Origin: Geosiphon pyriformis uo1
Lineage: Eukaryota; Fungi; Glomeromycota
NCBI GenBank assembly: GCA_016748015.1
Contig: JAAOMT010000031.1
Coordinates: 62,001-126,000 of the forward strand
DNA: 64,000 nt
Reading direction: 5' to 3'
A model generated the notes under the pieces. That model was not told where the DNA came from. It made no database searches and saw only the letters and a list, made by a program, of their open reading frames with translations. The first letter of the stretch is position 1. Each line of letters starts with the position of its first letter. The position numbers and the translations under genes are program-made. This document shows positions 62,133 to 64,000 of the stretch, piece by piece.

Positions 62133-62958
62133 TGTTACTCATAAAAAGAAAAACAGATATAGAAAATAATAAACCAATAAGAGAGTAGTAGTTAGCACAT
62201 AAGCACATTGCTCAGCAATGTAAAGCAATATTAGAAAATTAGAACACATTGCTCAGCAATATGAGCATTGCTCAAAAAAGCATAGCATATTACTTGAAAA
62301 TGTGAGTGATCTTGTAGAACATTAATTATGTATATATAGTAGTAGCATTAGAAGAAAAAAAGACAGATCTTTTAGTTTAGATTTGATCTAAGCAATTTTC
62401 CATTTACAAATATCAATAAATAATTATTTACTATTTTAATTCACTCTCCACTATTAACACTTCATGTTGATAGTAATTGATATTTAACTACATTAAAACA
62501 ATAGCTCTTGATTATGGCTATTGATGAGATACTAATACTCATTATCTTGGCTTATTTTTTTATGTTGATTTTATTTTATTTTCTTTTGTATTTCTTTTGT
62601 TTTACTAATTAATTAAAAAAGTAAAAACACTGAATTATTAACGTCAAGAATAGCCTAGTAAAAGATCCCAAAGGAAGGGTATAGCATTGAGAATTTAAGG
62701 ATAGCTTACCAGAAAGACATTTCTGCCAGATTACCAGCTATCATGTTGAGAAAAAAATTGAATGAAATTATGATTCTGGGAGGCTACTAAAACAACTATT
62801 GAATTTCTGTTTATTATACAAAAAACTTCACAACAAAACTTTCAGACCAACAAAATTTTCAGATTATGAAAATCTTCAGAAACCAATCATTATATTAATT
62901 GAGCACTAAGTTATGGGTTTGTTATTTGCTTTAAGACTCCAAATAATTATCTGTAACA
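62133..62958 (+). repeat. 3' LTR of element 15026-62958
   Basis: Matches 15026-15840. PPT upstream, TSD CTGG downstream. Confidence 0.92.
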
Positions 62959-63573
62959 CTGGTAATCTTTCTGGTAAGATATTTTTAATTCCGAGTGTCT
63001 ATCCTTATTCCTAAGTCTTTTATCAGTGTTATATCCTGACATCAGTACTTCTGCATGTAAATCTTTTTAATTAAGTTAACAAACAACAAAGAAAATAAAG
63101 CAAGAAAAAAAATAAGAAAAATAAGAAAATAAGCCCAAACAATTTACACATTAGTATTCCGTCAATAGCCATGTTCAAAAGCTATTGTTCTAGTATAATT
63201 AAGTATTAATTACTACCAACATAAAGTGTTGATAGTAAAAAGTGAATTTGAGATAGTGAATAATTATTTATTGATATTTGTAATATGAAAGATTGCTTAG
63301 ATTAAATCTAAACTAAGAGATCTGTCTTTTTTTTTCTAATGCTATTGTTATATATACCTAATTTATGTTCTATAAAATCACTCACATTTTTGAGTGACGT
63401 GCTATAATTTCTTGAGCAATGCTTACATTGCTAAGCAATATGCTCTATATTGTTGAGCAATATGCTGTAATTTCTGACATTGCTCTATATTGCTAAGCAA
63501 TATGCTCACATGCTAACTACTCCTTTTTTATTGGTCTACTATTTTCTATATCTGTTTTTTTTTATGAGTAACA
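62959..63573 (-). repeat. Remainder of the 3' LTR begun at 14814
   Basis: U3 type 2 repeats, ends GAGTAACA, followed by the PPT complement. Confidence 0.88.
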
Positions 63574-63586
63574 TTATCTCTTTCTT

Positions 63587-64000
63587 TTAATATTGAGCTC
63601 TATCAAAATCTTCATTTTGAATTATGTCAAATACTTCTTTTTTAAGTAGCATCTGTTCCACTCTGCTCTTTATTTCTTTAATTTGTGAGTTGTTTATTCT
63701 TTTCCATTGGTTGATAATTATTGTTTCCATGTTAAAGTATAACAATACTTCTGAATAGTTTTGGAATATAGTGTGTAGTCAATAAATGATTCTGATGTGT
63801 AGTGTTAAATTTGTTTTCTTTTTAATAATGTCTTCAATGTTTCAGATTATCTCTTGATTGAAGATTCTCTTGGATTTGTCCAGATATAACTTCTAAATAT
63901 CTACTTTTTGTTCCAATTGATAGTAGTAGTATAATATTGAAAGTTGGTCTATCTATTGGTTCTAATTTTTTTTTATTGGTTCTTCTGTTGGAATGATAAT
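63587..64000 (-). pseudogene. ORF3 C-terminal part
   Basis: Reverse complement closely matches ~61707-62120. Confidence 0.85.

Larger units (their letters stand above)
15026..62958 (+). mobile_element. Family B (U3 type 2) full-length element; hosts 16031-54163 in gag
   Basis: LTRs 15026-15840 and 62133-62958. TSD CTGG/CTGG. gag resumes at 54164 (FY|VN). Confidence 0.92.
14814..64000 (-). mobile_element. Family B (U3 type 2) element, 3' end: 3' LTR split into 14814-15025 and 62959-63573; continues right of the window
   Basis: LTR halves rejoin across the CTGG/CTGG duplication. PPT 63574-63586, ORF3 3' part 63587-64000. Confidence 0.85.

Overview
The whole 64 kb is AT-rich, CpG-depleted eukaryotic repeat DNA with no recognisable host gene. 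It resembles Glomeromycotina-type fungal heterochromatin, but that assignment is unverified. It consists of about 11 decayed Ty3/Gypsy LTR retrotransposon insertions from two related families, here called A (~990-bp LTR) and B (~820-890-bp LTR, with two U3 types). They are nested up to seven levels deep. Six insertions have both LTRs in the window: 2230-12119(-), 15026-62958(+), 16031-54163(+), 18863-46838(+), 22621-30851(-) and 34707-44299(+). There is also one solo LTR and four partial copies. Both families share an unusual three-ORF layout. ORF1 is a gag-protease-Cys-rich-dUTPase-RT-RNase H polyprotein that seems to start at GUG. ORF2 is a separately encoded integrase with its own ATG after a non-coding A/C-rich spacer. 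ORF3 is a conserved ~210-240 aa non-Env protein ending at the PPT. The strongest signal is that 8 of 9 readable 4-bp target sites reconstruct to N-CG-N, which suggests CpG-directed integration. All coordinates were read by eye and may be off by a few bases. No alignment or database search was run.
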